Positions 21,083 through 33,592 of a stretch of DNA of 64,000 nucleotides are shown one piece after another. The notes below the pieces were generated by a model. The model saw nothing but the letters and a program-made list of their open reading frames with translations, had not been told where the DNA came from and searched no databases. A program made the translations under genes and the position numbers. Origin of the DNA: Psammoneis japonica (lineage: Eukaryota); the NCBI GenBank assembly GCA_008632985.1, contig QPGO01000037.1, positions 434,001 through 498,000 on the forward strand. Reading direction: 5' to 3'. How positions within the stretch are numbered: the first letter of the stretch is position 1; every line of letters starts with the position of its first letter.

Positions 21083-24061
21083 ATGACTCCACAGGAACTG
21101 GAACAATGGGTTTTGGCTGCATCCGACATGAGTTTAGATCAACAGAAACGGTGGGAGGCTACCAATTTGTTAAATACATGGGTTGCACAGCATGACTCAG
21201 ATGGCGTTGTCGCACGATCATTTCTAGATCTTGTTGCAGTGACTCGAAACGAAACGGTGCTTTTCTACGCTCTGACGACCTTGCAACGATTATCTCTGTC
21301 GCCGGCGGAACGGTCGGAGCTACGAAATCTGTTCTTTTTGCACCACCAAAACTACAGTCAGGCTTCCACCTTTCTCAAAACTAAAATGGCAGTTGTTCTG
21401 GCGTTATTGGTCAAGAAGGACTATCCAACAGTCTGGCCTCAGGCCTTAGAAGACGTTCTGACCAAGTTGAATACTGAAATGTCGCTACGATCCATGCTGG
21501 CGCTACTCGATGATCTAGTTTCCCATGGGGATGATGATTCGACCAGAGTGAAGGATGCAATGCGAGGATATAATGGCAGTAACCGGGGCAATGTACAGGG
21601 AGCTTCAACACCCACCGCTAGCTTGATGGAATGGCTTGTAGGGATGTTGACTGGTGCCCTGCAGCAACTCATTGCCGCATCTACCAATAGCAACAGCGAA
21701 GCGACTACTTGTGCTTCGTTGGGCTTTCAAGTTTTGAAACGTCTCGTTGGGTGGGTTGATATATCTCTCGTCCTCGAGGACACGGTATTGAATCTTGTCT
21801 TTGGTGGCTTGGAGATCGAGGAAAGCACCATCTCACTTGCTGCCGCAGAGTCATTGCGAGAGTTGGTGGGACGGGGAATGCCTGAAGAAAGAAAAATCGA
21901 GATGCTTGTGCACATCAACCTTTTTCAGAGAATTCACAACAGCAAGTTGAATATTGAAACTGTCGATGTCTCCCCTATTGAAGTTGTCATTGAAATTGCC
22001 AAGCTCATCAACATGATTGGACTAGAGCTCTTGCCTCTATGGGAAGGCCAAGAATGTCAAGATCCTTCGTCGACTCCCCTCAATACTCTTTTACAACAAT
22101 TGTTGGAACTCTTCTTCCAGTGCTTTGCGTACGATGACATTGACGTTTCTGGTGCAGTGATTGCCCTGGCATCACGCTTGACGACGACTATCGACAAGGA
22201 GAAAGGCACACTGAGTAACAATGCCAACAACGAACAAGTCTTTTTCGTGACTCGGCGTTTACCGCAGCTCCTGGCCATAATGTTCCGTCAAATGCGATAT
22301 CCAGCTGATTTTGAGTTTGATTTTGAAAATGAGGAAGAGGCTGAGGAAGAAGTGTATCGGGCAGATTTGCGTAAATTCAACCAGAACGTGGTACGGATCT
22401 GTCCCGACGTGTGCCTGCAATTTCTTTGCGAGGCTCTGGCCAGCTTGCCGGTTCCCATTTCATCGTGTCCTACGCCTGACCTGGAAGTGGCGCTACGATT
22501 GGTTTATCACTATTGTGAGGGTATCCGTCCTCCACCTGGTATGAAGCGTGTGATGAAGAATGAAACATTCTGCGCGGTACTGGTTGCGCTGCATCAAAGC
22601 GATATCACGTCGCATGCACATCGTGAAGTACTCCTTTTGTACTATGACATATGTGTCCGATATCATCCTGTTTTTAACAACCACCCGGAGCTTCTGCCGA
22701 ATGTATTAGAATCTATCAGTGGGGCACGTGGACTGCAACACTCGAATGCACGAGTTCGAAGTCGCTCTTGCTACATGCTCTTGAGAATTGTCAAATCAAT
22801 TGCACCAGTGCTAAGACCGTACGTGGAGACTGCTGTGTCTGGTATACTGCAGCTACTATCCAATCCCAATACCTATCCACTACGGCCAGATGACACCCTC
22901 TATCTCTTTGAAACAATTGGATTGCTTCTCGGAAAGACAGGCCTGGAACCGGCCGAACAGCAAAGACACCTCACTGAAGTTATGACTCCACATGTAAATT
23001 CGATTACAACTGAACTGAACAACCCTGACTTGAGTCGAGACCCGGACTATTATGGTACACTTTTGTCGGGATCAATTGCGGCTATAGCCTTTCTTAGCAA
23101 AGGCTTCAGTCAGCCTCCCCCAGAGGTCCAAGCTGTTCTCGTCGAAACCGTCTCCATCAACCTGGGAGTGCTTGAAGCGCTCCCTGGCAACAAAGAAGTC
23201 CGAAACAAGACGTTTGTTTTGTTACAACGGATGATTCAATGTATCGGAAACAGAGTGTTGTCGTCTATTCCTCGATTCCTTCATCTTTTGATCGAGCATT
23301 GCACGAGTGATGATATACTGGATGTCGCTCAACTTTTGAATCAACTTTGTCTCAAGTTTAAGGAAGAGTCTGTACCTGCCATTGATGCTGCTATGTTGCC
23401 GTTCCTTCGAAAGTGTCATAGCCTGATGCCTGCTACAGGCGACGTCGTTGCCGACAGTACGGGGAACGTCCCACCCCATTTGCTTGTAGAGCAGCTATCT
23501 ATCAAGAAACTCACTTTTGCCTTTCTGCAGTACGTGGTGACATACAATGCTACTGGAGTCCTCACAACTGCAACTAATGTGAGCGCTCTTGAGAGTGTGC
23601 TTCAAACGATGAACGAGGGGGCTTCGGTGGTGGAGGACCCCGGGATGAAAAGAACCTGCATTACCTTCTTTCGCGAACTTGTTGACCAGTGGGGCGAGGC
23701 GAGAGCGAGCAGCTCTGTGGGGGGTGAATCATTCTTGGTCGTCCAGCAAGGATTTTTTAAGTTTGTTTTCGAAACGTTCGTCCCCGGAATGATCAAATGT
23801 ATGCTAAGCCCAGGCTTTAACGAAAAGGATGCAATGCAAGCTAGAAATGTTTCTGAAATGGGAAACGTATTGTTTTCATTGAGAACCAAACGAAGCGACG
23901 AGTTCGAACGCCATTTCCTATCTGTTACTTTGGGACAGGTGGGCTGCCCGGTCAATGTCGTCAACGGATTTCGCACAGCCTCGAATGCCAAGGAAATGAA
24001 GGTGTGTTTAAACGAGATGATGAAGTGTTTAAAACTACAAAACGCCCCGTTGGACAAATAA
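21083..24061 (+). CDS. XPOT: Exportin-T (Los1/PAUSED) tRNA export receptor (992 aa)
   Basis: Importin-beta-like helical protein with 'LVKKDYPTVWP', 'RVKDAMR', 'LVGWVDISLV', an acidic loop 'FENEEEAEEEVYRADLRK' and 'RVRSRSCYMLLR'. Single long ORF. Confidence 0.85.
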   Translation: MTPQELEQWVLAASDMSLDQQKRWEATNLLNTWVAQHDSDGVVARSFLDLVAVTRNETVLFYALTTLQRLSLSPAERSELRNLFFLHHQNYSQASTFLKTKMAVVLALLVKKDYPTVWPQALEDVLTKLNTEMSLRSMLALLDDLVSHGDDDSTRVKDAMRGYNGSNRGNVQGASTPTASLMEWLVGMLTGALQQLIAASTNSNSEATTCASLGFQVLKRLVGWVDISLVLEDTVLNLVFGGLEIEESTISLAAAESLRELVGRGMPEERKIEMLVHINLFQRIHNSKLNIETVDVSPIEVVIEIAKLINMIGLELLPLWEGQECQDPSSTPLNTLLQQLLELFFQCFAYDDIDVSGAVIALASRLTTTIDKEKGTLSNNANNEQVFFVTRRLPQLLAIMFRQMRYPADFEFDFENEEEAEEEVYRADLRKFNQNVVRICPDVCLQFLCEALASLPVPISSCPTPDLEVALRLVYHYCEGIRPPPGMKRVMKNETFCAVLVALHQSDITSHAHREVLLLYYDICVRYHPVFNNHPELLPNVLESISGARGLQHSNARVRSRSCYMLLRIVKSIAPVLRPYVETAVSGILQLLSNPNTYPLRPDDTLYLFETIGLLLGKTGLEPAEQQRHLTEVMTPHVNSITTELNNPDLSRDPDYYGTLLSGSIAAIAFLSKGFSQPPPEVQAVLVETVSINLGVLEALPGNKEVRNKTFVLLQRMIQCIGNRVLSSIPRFLHLLIEHCTSDDILDVAQLLNQLCLKFKEESVPAIDAAMLPFLRKCHSLMPATGDVVADSTGNVPPHLLVEQLSIKKLTFAFLQYVVTYNATGVLTTATNVSALESVLQTMNEGASVVEDPGMKRTCITFFRELVDQWGEARASSSVGGESFLVVQQGFFKFVFETFVPGMIKCMLSPGFNEKDAMQARNVSEMGNVLFSLRTKRSDEFERHFLSVTLGQVGCPVNVVNGFRTASNAKEMKVCLNEMMKCLKLQNAPLDK

Positions 24062-24384
24062 TGATCCCTGATGCGTGAGCTAGTAGAGGACTATAAGAAT
24101 GCACTACCATATTATTCATCTTGGTTTGTCAAAACTTGCATCTTTTGTCAAAAATGTGCACCACTCGGCTGATTCAATTAAATAATATACACTGTGAACC
24201 GAAAAGGATGTAGATGTGCAACATATCAATGCGGCGGCGAAGGAACTGAGACGATGATTTGACGAAAGGGATTGTGCGGGAGGATCCAAAAACACGCATT
24301 GCAAATCGCCCGCCAAAGCCACCTCTCTAGTGTACTTCAAAATGTAATAAAAATGTTGTATTCGGTGCGTGACGAGGAAGCGCG

Positions 24385-26302
24385 TTAGTCTTCAAGCGGA
24401 TCCCGCCACCGCACCCCTCCGGATACTCGGACCTTTGCATTGTAGGTGGGAATTGGGCTTTTCGTGGCCTCTGTAGTAAAGCTGAGCGATCCGTACCCAA
24501 GGCTGTCTCTCCTCAGCAGCACTTTCTCCTCTTCTCCGGCACTTTGTCGCTTTCTTTTCCACAACAAAAGTGTGGTGAAACACATAATCACAATGGTAGC
24601 AACGACTACAAAGATGTATTCGTCTCGGAGCATGCGCATTTTTCTCCCCCTGATTCTTGGTTGCGTCAGACCTCTGTCGGATTCAAATGATACCGCACGA
24701 AATTCACCATGTGCATTTCTCCCACATTCTACAAGTGACCCTGATTTGAGAAACCTTCGTGGTCCGCCTAAAACTTTTCTTCTCCACTTCTTCATAACCC
24801 TTGCAGAGACAGATAGTCTCGTGTCTCCAAACCCACTATTGTGCCACATCGGCTGAGACCTCCAATCACAATTTATATACGACCACATGGATATATCATA
24901 TCGATTAATCAAGTCAAGGGTGGGTTGGAACCACCGATCCCACGGATCCGTCAGATTGTAATCCTTCATTTTCTCTGTATTCATGTCAATTCCACCAAAC
25001 GGTGTGGACTCCGCGATCATTGTCGGCTGCATTGCAATCACCCGCAGGGTTAGATTAGCAATCCAATCATAACCTTGATGGCTCAAAATGCTCATACAAA
25101 GAACGACGTACCTTGTTGTGTTGCTCGGCAAAGTCCAAAACGCGTTCAATGTCGCCGACTTGTCCATCCACCGTTGACCACGGATAAAACTGCTGAAATA
25201 TCGACACACCAATCCAATCCACCACATCATCCCCAGGATAAAAGTCATCAAGGTCAACTCCATCTTTTTGGGACGCTGCCCAAGAGTGCCAAACTAATAA
25301 AATCTTTTTGTTCAAACTGTGACGACATGTCGTAGCTATTCTTCGAAAAGCCTCCACATAGGCTTGCGGGTCGTCCGAATACCCAAACGATGGATTATCA
25401 AACTCTAATAAGATGCAAAAGAGACATTCGGGACACGGGGATAAGAATAATGTTGTTCCAAAAGCATGGTATCAAGCATCAGAATGTGTTCTTGTACCCA
25501 CCGTATCCTATTCGGAGAAACACCTTCATGGCGCTGCATCCTTTCAAGTACTTTACCAACTTGGCGATATTGTGATCCAGTAACCCCTGATTAATCTCCT
25601 GACAACCACTTGTACCGTTCAACCAGAGTCCGAGCTGTACACAAACACACGTATGATAGATTCGTTAGTGTTCATCCAAGAAAAGAATCAGACCATAAGA
25701 ACGTAAGATCGACTCCTTCTTGTAACCTGTAATATCGGTACGCACCTGAAGCCCCACTTGCTCGCCAGGAAAAAGAGAATTCAAAACGCCGTCTGCATAT
25801 TCGACACCAGATCCATAATCTGCTGGTTCATCTAAACCTCGAAGAGTTTGGATATCGGTGTAGGACATGACGGCAGCCGGGGTAAACTCGGCTAGCGGTA
25901 CGTTGCTGCAAACGAAAAGCAGAAGTAAAACATGTTTGATGAAACAGCATACAAAGAACAATCTTTACCAGAAAAGATACCACACATCGCGTACCTTCCA
26001 TCATGGAGACTAAGATTGTATTGGGATACAGCGTATTCGCTAATCGAGAAGACGTCCTGACCGATCGTCAGGTAAGTGCTGTTTGGTGGTGGTCGGCAAG
26101 ATGGGTGTGCGCCCATGACAAGCGAGCTTTGATTTCGTTTGCAATAGCCAATTTCCAAAGCACAAGCGCTGATGCTTTTCCAGATTACAATCAAGAGAAG
26201 GATAAACAAGTTGTAACAGAGGTAGGCGTTCTCTTTTACAAACAAACGACAAAAGAGAAAAGTGGAATGTTCCTGATGAGAATGTTGAATGTGCAACAAC
26301 AA
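24385..26302 (-). CDS. GH26-like glycoside hydrolase with C-terminal transmembrane anchor (multi-exon; start uncertain)
   Basis: Motifs 'YLTIGQD', 'VFLRIGY', 'FYPGDDVVDWIGVSIF', 'PTMIAESTP', 'WSYINCDW', 'GFGDTRL' are spread over exons. TM segment 'YIFVVVATIVIMCFTTLLLWKRKR'. Confidence 0.75.
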
Positions 26303-26641
26303 CGACAGCGACAGGCGGAGTAGTACTGCGACAGTGCGTGGACACTTTTTGAGCGAAAGTGCATTTTAAATAAGCTTCATATATGTAGGTTATTATATTC
26401 GAATCCTGATGCAGTACAGACGATAATCAGAAGGAGTTATGCATGTAATATATATTCACTATAATATTATATTTGTAAAACGATCGAGCCGTTGCGATCG
26501 ATTTTTCGCGCACTTTTTTCGCTTTGCCACCGAAAATGAAGACGATCCAACTTCCAAACTGAAGCCCCCAAAAAGCAAAAAGATCTCACTGCAGCATTGC
26601 AGCGCAAAAACATAAAAACAGCAAGCAATCCAATCTTCAGA

Positions 26642-27433
26642 ATGACATCCACACCCTCTACTACAAATACTAGTAACGATTCCCATGGCCTTCCTCGCTC
26701 ACCCGATCACAAGGGCCCAACTTTGCTTGCCGGTCCAAAAATATGTAGTGCGATGGGTCACTTTTTCGCCGCACCGTTTCTCGTTTATTGCATCAAGAAC
26801 AATGTCGGACGATCCATACTGAAAGCTGTGTTGGGTGAGGAGAGTACCGTCATTGCCTCAGCTGCCAGCAGTCAAGGCCCCCGTCTCGGCTTTTATACCC
26901 TTTTGCTGTACTTGTAGTATGCCTCTCGTTGGGTGGCGGGATCCTTTACCTTGAATGGAGGTGGAGCCCTACCCTGGGACACGGCAATTATTACCGTCGC
27001 GGTTCATTTCGTGGTACAGTTTTTCCCCTACGTCTTGTGGACCGCCTGTGGAGAAGGACTTTCTTTGGAACTGACTGCCTTGGATTACCTGGCTGGAACG
27101 GCGGCCATGATTGCAGCCATTTTTCAACACGGATCCGAATTGCAGCGTCTTGTGTTTAAGCTTGATGCTCACAACAAGGGCAAGCTTCACATGGGTGGTT
27201 TGTTTCGTTATGCCCGTCACATTAATCATTTTGGTCATTGTCTCAATGAAGTGGCCGTCATGTTGGCCACCCGCACCTTTGTGGCGCACCTGCCGTGGGT
27301 GCTCATTTGCTTTTACGGATTGGGCGAAAAAGTTATTCCCGAAACGGAACAACATTTAAAAACCAAATACAAGGATCAATACATAAAGTACATGGAACAA
27401 GTACCTTATCGAATGGTACCCTTTGTGTATTGA
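26642..27433 (+). CDS. DUF1295 / steroid 5-alpha-reductase-like membrane protein (one frameshift near 26915)
   Basis: 'GSELQRLVFKLDAHNKGKLHMGGLFRYARHINHFG...E...YIKYMEQVPYRMVPFVY' with several TM helices. Confidence 0.8.
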
Positions 27434-28043
27434 ATGATGCAGTGTTCTCGGTTGATATTGTGCTTGCTGCACCTTCGCAAATTCAAGAATGCGATTTCAG
27501 ACGGCAGCCTGAAATACAGGCAGAAAGGAGGGACATTGGTTTCACCTTTCTGTTGCATACAAAGGTATCGTAAGATTATGTCTATCTAATTCGATTTCTC
27601 CGAAGTCTGTTTCTGTGAGACTAGTGTCAACGCAGTGTATGTTTCTTCTACACGCGGGAAAAAAAAGGAAGAACAAGGCTCTCTTCTAAGAACAACGAGT
27701 CCGGTAGCTAGAAGTAAAGGGAGTTTGCTACACTCCTAAGACCCTAATATCTAGAGTCACACCAGTTTCCCGGATCGATGTTGCTTTGAGATGTGATCTT
27801 GTCAAACTACATCTGTTGACCTTCATACATATATTAGAACAAAGCGCAAATAAGCATGGCATACACAAACAAAGTATTTATCATTATGAGTTTGCGCAGC
27901 CATTAGAATTAGTGGTGCTTGCTGCAGCTAGCTTTTCAGTACCAAAGCGATCTCACAAGTTGTCCGCGTGTTGCTGTCTTAGCTTGTTGGCCCCATTACG
28001 ATATCCCATGGTGCAATCTTTTCTGATCTTGTACGCTCCCAAA

Positions 28044-29282
28044 CTACGACAACGATTGCGTAGCTTCTGATATTAGTGTCGTGACGATTCGAAATCCGTC
28101 AGAGGGTGGGACAGGAAATGTATTAAAGACACCAAGGTTGATGCTGAGAGTCGCGGCATACTTGAGGATTGTATTCACATCTCGAGTCGACACAACTTCC
28201 GAGGCGCGTTCCACAACGCCCATGGGGCCTCGGACACGGTATTCCGAGGACTCGGTCTTGCCTAGAAAGAAATCCTTGGCAAAGGTAACGAGGCCTCCGG
28301 CCGTGGCTGTGGTGATGGTTGTGACGGTTGTCAATGCCAGCATGGCTGCCTCTGGAACCGAATCGGTCTTTAGCAGGTCGACGCCAGCAAAGTTTGGTTG
28401 GAGAAAGACGCCCATGGTTGGAGGTGAAGACTCCTCGACACGAGTCGGAGTGACAGTGATTTCCAGAGACTTGTTGCCTCGCACAATGGAGAGTGGCAGC
28501 GATTCACCATCTGGTATAGCTTGGGTGGTGGTAATGAGCTTGGTGATCGTACGTTGCACCTCTGCTTCCGAAGGAGAGGACGACATTTTGAGCTCTTTTC
28601 CCTTGATCCCCACAATGACATCACCGGGTTTCAAAAGTTTCACTGCGGGTCCATCAGGACTAACTCCACTAATGATAATACCCTGCTCATAGACGGGTTT
28701 TGGCAAGCCGGGTCCAACTGTAATTTGTCCAAGATATATAGAGAAAGCCAAGATTAGATTGAACAAGACTCCAGCAGACAAGATCATGATTTGCTGCACC
28801 ACCGGCAAGGTCTCGAGTTTGTCAATGGGAAGGCTGACATATCCACCGAGTGGCAAAAGTCTCAAACTGAATTTGTCTCCGCCAAAAGCTTGAAAACCGA
28901 ATAGCTTGGGACCAAAGCCAACACTGAATTCGTCGGCACGCAAACCAAAAGCACGAGCTGTCAAAAAGTGACCACTCTCATGCACGAGAACAATACTGGC
29001 CAATACCACGAGAGCTCCAATTGGAGAAAAGGCCAATTTAACAAAGGGTGAAGGTTGCTTCTCTGGTGGTGTCTCTTGCTGTGAAATGATTTCGGTGGAC
29101 AAAGGTTGTTCCTCTTCTGTTGTTTGAGATTGCCACGGAAAGAATCCTTTTCCCAAACACAAACTTGATGGCGCGTTCCTACACGAGACTCCAGGCAACG
29201 GCTGCGGAGGACAAAACGCTGCAACGTTGGAGGCAAACGTAGCAATCAAAACAACTACAAGAAACTGCTGTATGGACTTCAT
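28044..29282 (-). CDS. Plastid-targeted M50 (RseP/ARASP-like) intramembrane zinc metalloprotease with PDZ domain
   Basis: HExxH 'VHESGHF', 'EFSVGFGPKL', 'LPLGGYV', 'AGVLFN', PDZ 'GPAVKLLKPGDVIVGI' and 'NTFPVPPSDG'. The signal peptide ends '...VAA-F', like a diatom bipartite plastid presequence. Confidence 0.9.
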   Translation of the reverse strand: MKSIQQFLVVVLIATFASNVAAFCPPQPLPGVSCRNAPSSLCLGKGFFPWQSQTTEEEQPLSTEIISQQETPPEKQPSPFVKLAFSPIGALVVLASIVLVHESGHFLTARAFGLRADEFSVGFGPKLFGFQAFGGDKFSLRLLPLGGYVSLPIDKLETLPVVQQIMILSAGVLFNLILAFSIYLGQITVGPGLPKPVYEQGIIISGVSPDGPAVKLLKPGDVIVGIKGKELKMSSSPSEAEVQRTITKLITTTQAIPDGESLPLSIVRGNKSLEITVTPTRVEESSPPTMGVFLQPNFAGVDLLKTDSVPEAAMLALTTVTTITTATAGGLVTFAKDFFLGKTESSEYRVRGPMGVVERASEVVSTRDVNTILKYAATLSINLGVFNTFPVPPSDGFRIVTTLISEATQSLS

Positions 29283-29630
29283 GGTCGATTTCGATTCTCA
29301 AACTTGACATTGACAACCTTTTTGACATGCGAACCCAAAGTCGGTCGCGAGTCGCGAGTTAGTCTCGCGTCGTCTCGCGAAGGTCAAATTTTCAAAAATC
29401 CTGCCATATCGCGCGATTCACGCATAACGATGACTTACGTAGGCTCCAGTAGGTATTGTACGCACTTCGCATGGAACACAGCTATTATTTTCAAAGTTGG
29501 CACACACCTCACTTCTGCTTTTCACAGAATTCCGTCGGCACGACGTTGAGATTATTTCGAGATCTTTGGCACGTTGAAGCGTCGTTTTGCTGGTTGCGTT
29601 GCTTCTCTCTTGTACCCTGGAAGAAACATA

Positions 29631-30255
29631 ATGTCGAATGCTTGTGTGAGCCATGTGGAGGCGAAAACTCCGAGATTGGATTCGGATTCGGTGACCGAGT
29701 CATTCAACGACGACTCGCCTGGAAGCACGACCGCACTGGTACGTGCTGAGATCGACGCTTGCAACTACAATAATACGTCCTGATATTGTGAACCTGATGT
29801 GGGAATTTATGTGTACAGTGTCTCTCATGAGCTCACTTTGTTTGGCATTCTGATCACTTCAGGTCATCTACCGGCCCATGCTGAAACTGCTCTTGACGAC
29901 TGATAATAGGGCAGCAATCAAGAATAATCTTGTTCCAAACATGATTTTGGACGTCGTTCCAGCAATTCTGTCGTTTTGTGATGCCCCGACCGTGTCTCGA
30001 GCATCGTGTGTATGTCGGGAATGGCACTCCATCGCCTTGAACAATGACTTGTGGGAGAATTTATGCAGAAGCTGCTTTGGCGTGTCTGCACAAGAAATCA
30101 AGCCCTCGCCCGATCCAACAAAACAGTTATATGTGCTCACCCACCGCCGGTTGCGACAATTGTGTCGTCAAGTTGCAAGGTCGCCTGGTGCAAATCCCTT
30201 TTCGCCGCAGCCAGGTTCTCTGCCGTCCATCCCAGTTGCTGCCCTGCGACCTTAG
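29631..30255 (+). CDS. Small F-box protein (2 exons; intron 29739-29862)
   Basis: F-box 'VVPAILSFCDAPTVSRASCVCREWHSIALNNDLWENLC'. Exon 1 (29631-29738) splices in frame via GTACGT...TTCAG. Confidence 0.8.
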
Positions 30256-30850
30256 CCTTGTAGGACGACTCTTTAGGTTTTGTAAATATCATGCTCAGAG
30301 ACGCAAGAGTACAGCAGAAATTCTGTATATGCAACTAAGAGCATCAGCAGGAATAAACGAGTGAAGTAGTGCTTGATTAGAGAACTGAGAAAGTCATCTT
30401 GTAGTTTCATCCCCGCTGGAGCTGCGCACTGTTGTTCGAGTGCGCGATTAACATCCCACCCTATGCTAAACCTAAACTCTAGATTGAAAGCCATCATTTC
30501 ATTTTCTACCTATTTGAATCTACGCATCTTCTTAGTTCATTTCCATTCATTTCCAATGTAGAGTTGAGGACACGATCACAAAATAAGAGCGCTTAACTTG
30601 ATGCGCCATCACGCCAATTTGAAATTGTGGTATCTCCCAGCTCAGAACCTCTATCGCTACCAAAAGGGATCTAGTTCCTATCTCTAGAGAGGTGCTCCTA
30701 GTGAACATAGATCTACCGCAAAGGACTATCTTTGTGCTAAACAAGCTTCTGCACAACTAGCACGCGGTACCGGTTCTTCCCCGAAACGACGCCCTTTCTA
30801 CGGTGTTTGGAAGGAGCGAGCGACAAGACCGCCTATCAAACCTGAAACGA

Positions 30851-31848
30851 TCATTGACCCAAATGTAGACCCCGCGATGACACCTTGACAACCTGTTTCT
30901 CTTCGTCTTCCTCCTCCATGAGATTCTTGGCGATATCCAGGACGGTCTCGAGAGAGTGTCCTTCGGTGGTGAGCATTCGCCGAAACTTATCTTCGTTCAA
31001 GTCCTCAATTCCCCTTGAATTCTTAAGCCTGAAAATGAGAGCATCGATTTCCTCAGGATCAATCTGAAAGTCTCCGTCTCGATCCGATTCAACACAACTG
31101 TAATAATGCTTGCAAGAGCTTCATCAATCAAGAGAGTCTTGATTTCCTTTTGAATTTTCCCATTCTCCCTGACCAAGTCGACAAACTGATCAACGTGACC
31201 ACCCTGTTTTGTCACTATTGTTTCCAAACCCTCTTGTGCTTGTTCTAACCTTGATACTTTTTCACGCAATCTGTCGTTCTTGAATGCTAGTTCGTTGTTG
31301 ACGTTGGACAACTCATTGACTTCCAGTCGAATGGCATTGTGAATGATTCGAAGTCCTTGTTTATGGTATGTGCAATGAAAATGTGAGATGCTTCTTTGTA
31401 CGTTCCTTAAGAAAAATCGAATGGAGAATCGTCTCACGTACCATCGTGTTTGACGAGAATCGATCGCTGAACTAAAACAATAGGAGCAACGGCAATGGCA
31501 ATTCCCATGGCAACATACACGATTGTAGCCCGTTCAATCACGATGGAGGCGATTGAAAAGAACACTGTTTGTACGAAATAAAAAAAGAGCATTGAGCCTC
31601 AATCAATTCATATAGTCTAGCTATCTTCGTCGACGAAACTCACAAGATCCACATGCTAAAACAAACGCAAAGTATTGAATCAGGAATCCAAGACAGGATC
31701 TTTGTCTCGTCCGCTTTTGCCCGATCGCCGTCATATCGACATCGGCCATGGACATGGACACCTCTGCCGCCACTAGCGCATTCTGCATATTGTCCATGGT
31801 CGCTGCTTTCTTGTATTTTTGAGTGTCGATCCATCTGCCAGCATCCAT
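30851..31848 (-). CDS. Conserved hypothetical protein (2 TM + coiled coil + EF-hand-like loop), paralog of 51352-52374
   Basis: Three exons: TM helices, coiled coil 'IRLEVNELSNVNNELAFKNDRL', then 'DRDGDFQIDPEEIDALIFRLKNSRGIEDLNEDKFRRML'. Confidence 0.65.
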
Positions 31849-32094
31849 CAGTCCAAACGTGGAACGGTTTCTGACTTCAGCGAATATATTGAAATTATTC
31901 AGAATTGAATTAAATGAGATAGAAGTGCCCGAATAGAAACCTTCAACAACTTATATACATACTATATTTTATAATGTTTAGGCGGTAAAGCTTCTTATGA
32001 ATTTTTGCATGTGTTTTTGCACAATGGCACAAGGCACCATGGTGGTGCAGCAGTGGTCGTAGGCTGCCTCCTTTGCGCTTGCATAATTCATAAA

Positions 32095-33517
32095 ATGTCA
32101 GAACAAGAAACAACACCGCTGGTGAACCGCGGTGCTGGTTCACGTCGTCGTGGTGCTGGTCCTCAGGTACGTGTATGAGATCTAAACGAACTTGTATTGT
32201 GTCTTGAGCATCGTTGAGAATGTGTACACAGTTGCTCACACTGCGCTTGTGTTTTGTTTTTGCACCAGCTGGTCGAAAAATTTTCGTCGGTTGCGCAAGA
32301 AAATGACAAGCAAGATCGGAGGTCTTCATGGGAGCGAACAAAAGCAGCTTGGAAGACATTTTTCGCGTTTCGAGGAGGCTTCGAGCCACCCGACAAGGAG
32401 TTGTACTATGAGGAGGACTACAATGATTTCAGTTGGACGTGTTCCTTTGGAACTCGAGAAGACGATGGGATATGGATGAATCGAACCGATCAAGCTGGTA
32501 TTATCATGTCAATGTTGGTTTGGGTATTGATCAGTAAGTCTCAATACGGAAGCTCGTTTATCGTTTGTTCACCGTTCACGCGGCGTTCAACGTTCAACGC
32601 AACACTTAACGTTCTTGCTTTTTTTCTTTGTTTCAAGTCTACTCCAGTGTCACCATTGCCCTTCTGGCACAGGATAACAGTTTGCCATATTCCATAGCGA
32701 TGATTCATGCCACGTTTTGCGCATTGGCTCTTGCTAGTCACGCCAAGACCATGTTTACGGACCCCGGGAGCGTCCCTCAGTCGGCTGTGCCAATAGCAAA
32801 CCAGCCCAATGAAAAACATCCCATGTGCAGTCACTGTAAAACGTACAAGCCTGCGTGTTCTCATCATTGCCGAATTTGCAATCGGTGTATATCCCGTATG
32901 GATCATCACTGTCCGTGGATGAACAATTGCATTGGGGCTGGGAACATTAGTAAGTCGCAGTTGAACGATTCATGAATTCACGTACCTCTATATACTCATG
33001 CCTCCCTTATGCTTTGCTTTATATTATGTTAGAGTTCTTTATGTTGTTCTTGATTTACATTTGGGTTGGGTCAGCATTTTCATTGCTCATTTTCGCGTGG
33101 AATTACTTTTTGTGCAACGACGACTCTTGCACTTTTTCTGTCGTGTTGGTTCAGCTAGTGCGTGTCATGACACTCATTTGCATCGGTTCGCTTCTCTTTA
33201 CAAGCTCAATGCTGATGAGTGTCATGTACGCAATTATTACGGGGATTGGTACCATTGACAGGATGAAAAAGAAGATCAAAAAGACATCGTCGTTGAGTGA
33301 CGAAGAACCAATTGATCTGGAAGACATTTTTGGGATTCAGGGATATTACACGTGGCCGATACCGATCGATCCATTGTTTGAGGACTTTGATCGTGTCATG
33401 GGATTCAGCACGACACAGAGGCTATTGCGGGAAAGCAACAGTGGGACGAATAATGGATCCGTGGCGTCGGCACAGCCTAGTACCATGGGGAGAAACAGTG
33501 GACTGTATTCTGTGTAA
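32095..33517 (+). CDS. DHHC-type protein S-palmitoyltransferase (multi-exon)
   Basis: 'TDPGSVP' and '[40 protein letters not shown]' with flanking TM helices. GT-AG introns are present (first 32167-32268). Confidence 0.93.
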
Positions 33518-33592
33518 AGGGGTGGGGTAAACGAAGGGATGACGTGGGGGTTTTGGGGAAATATGGAATTGGCTCTAGAGAGGGAGGTTATG

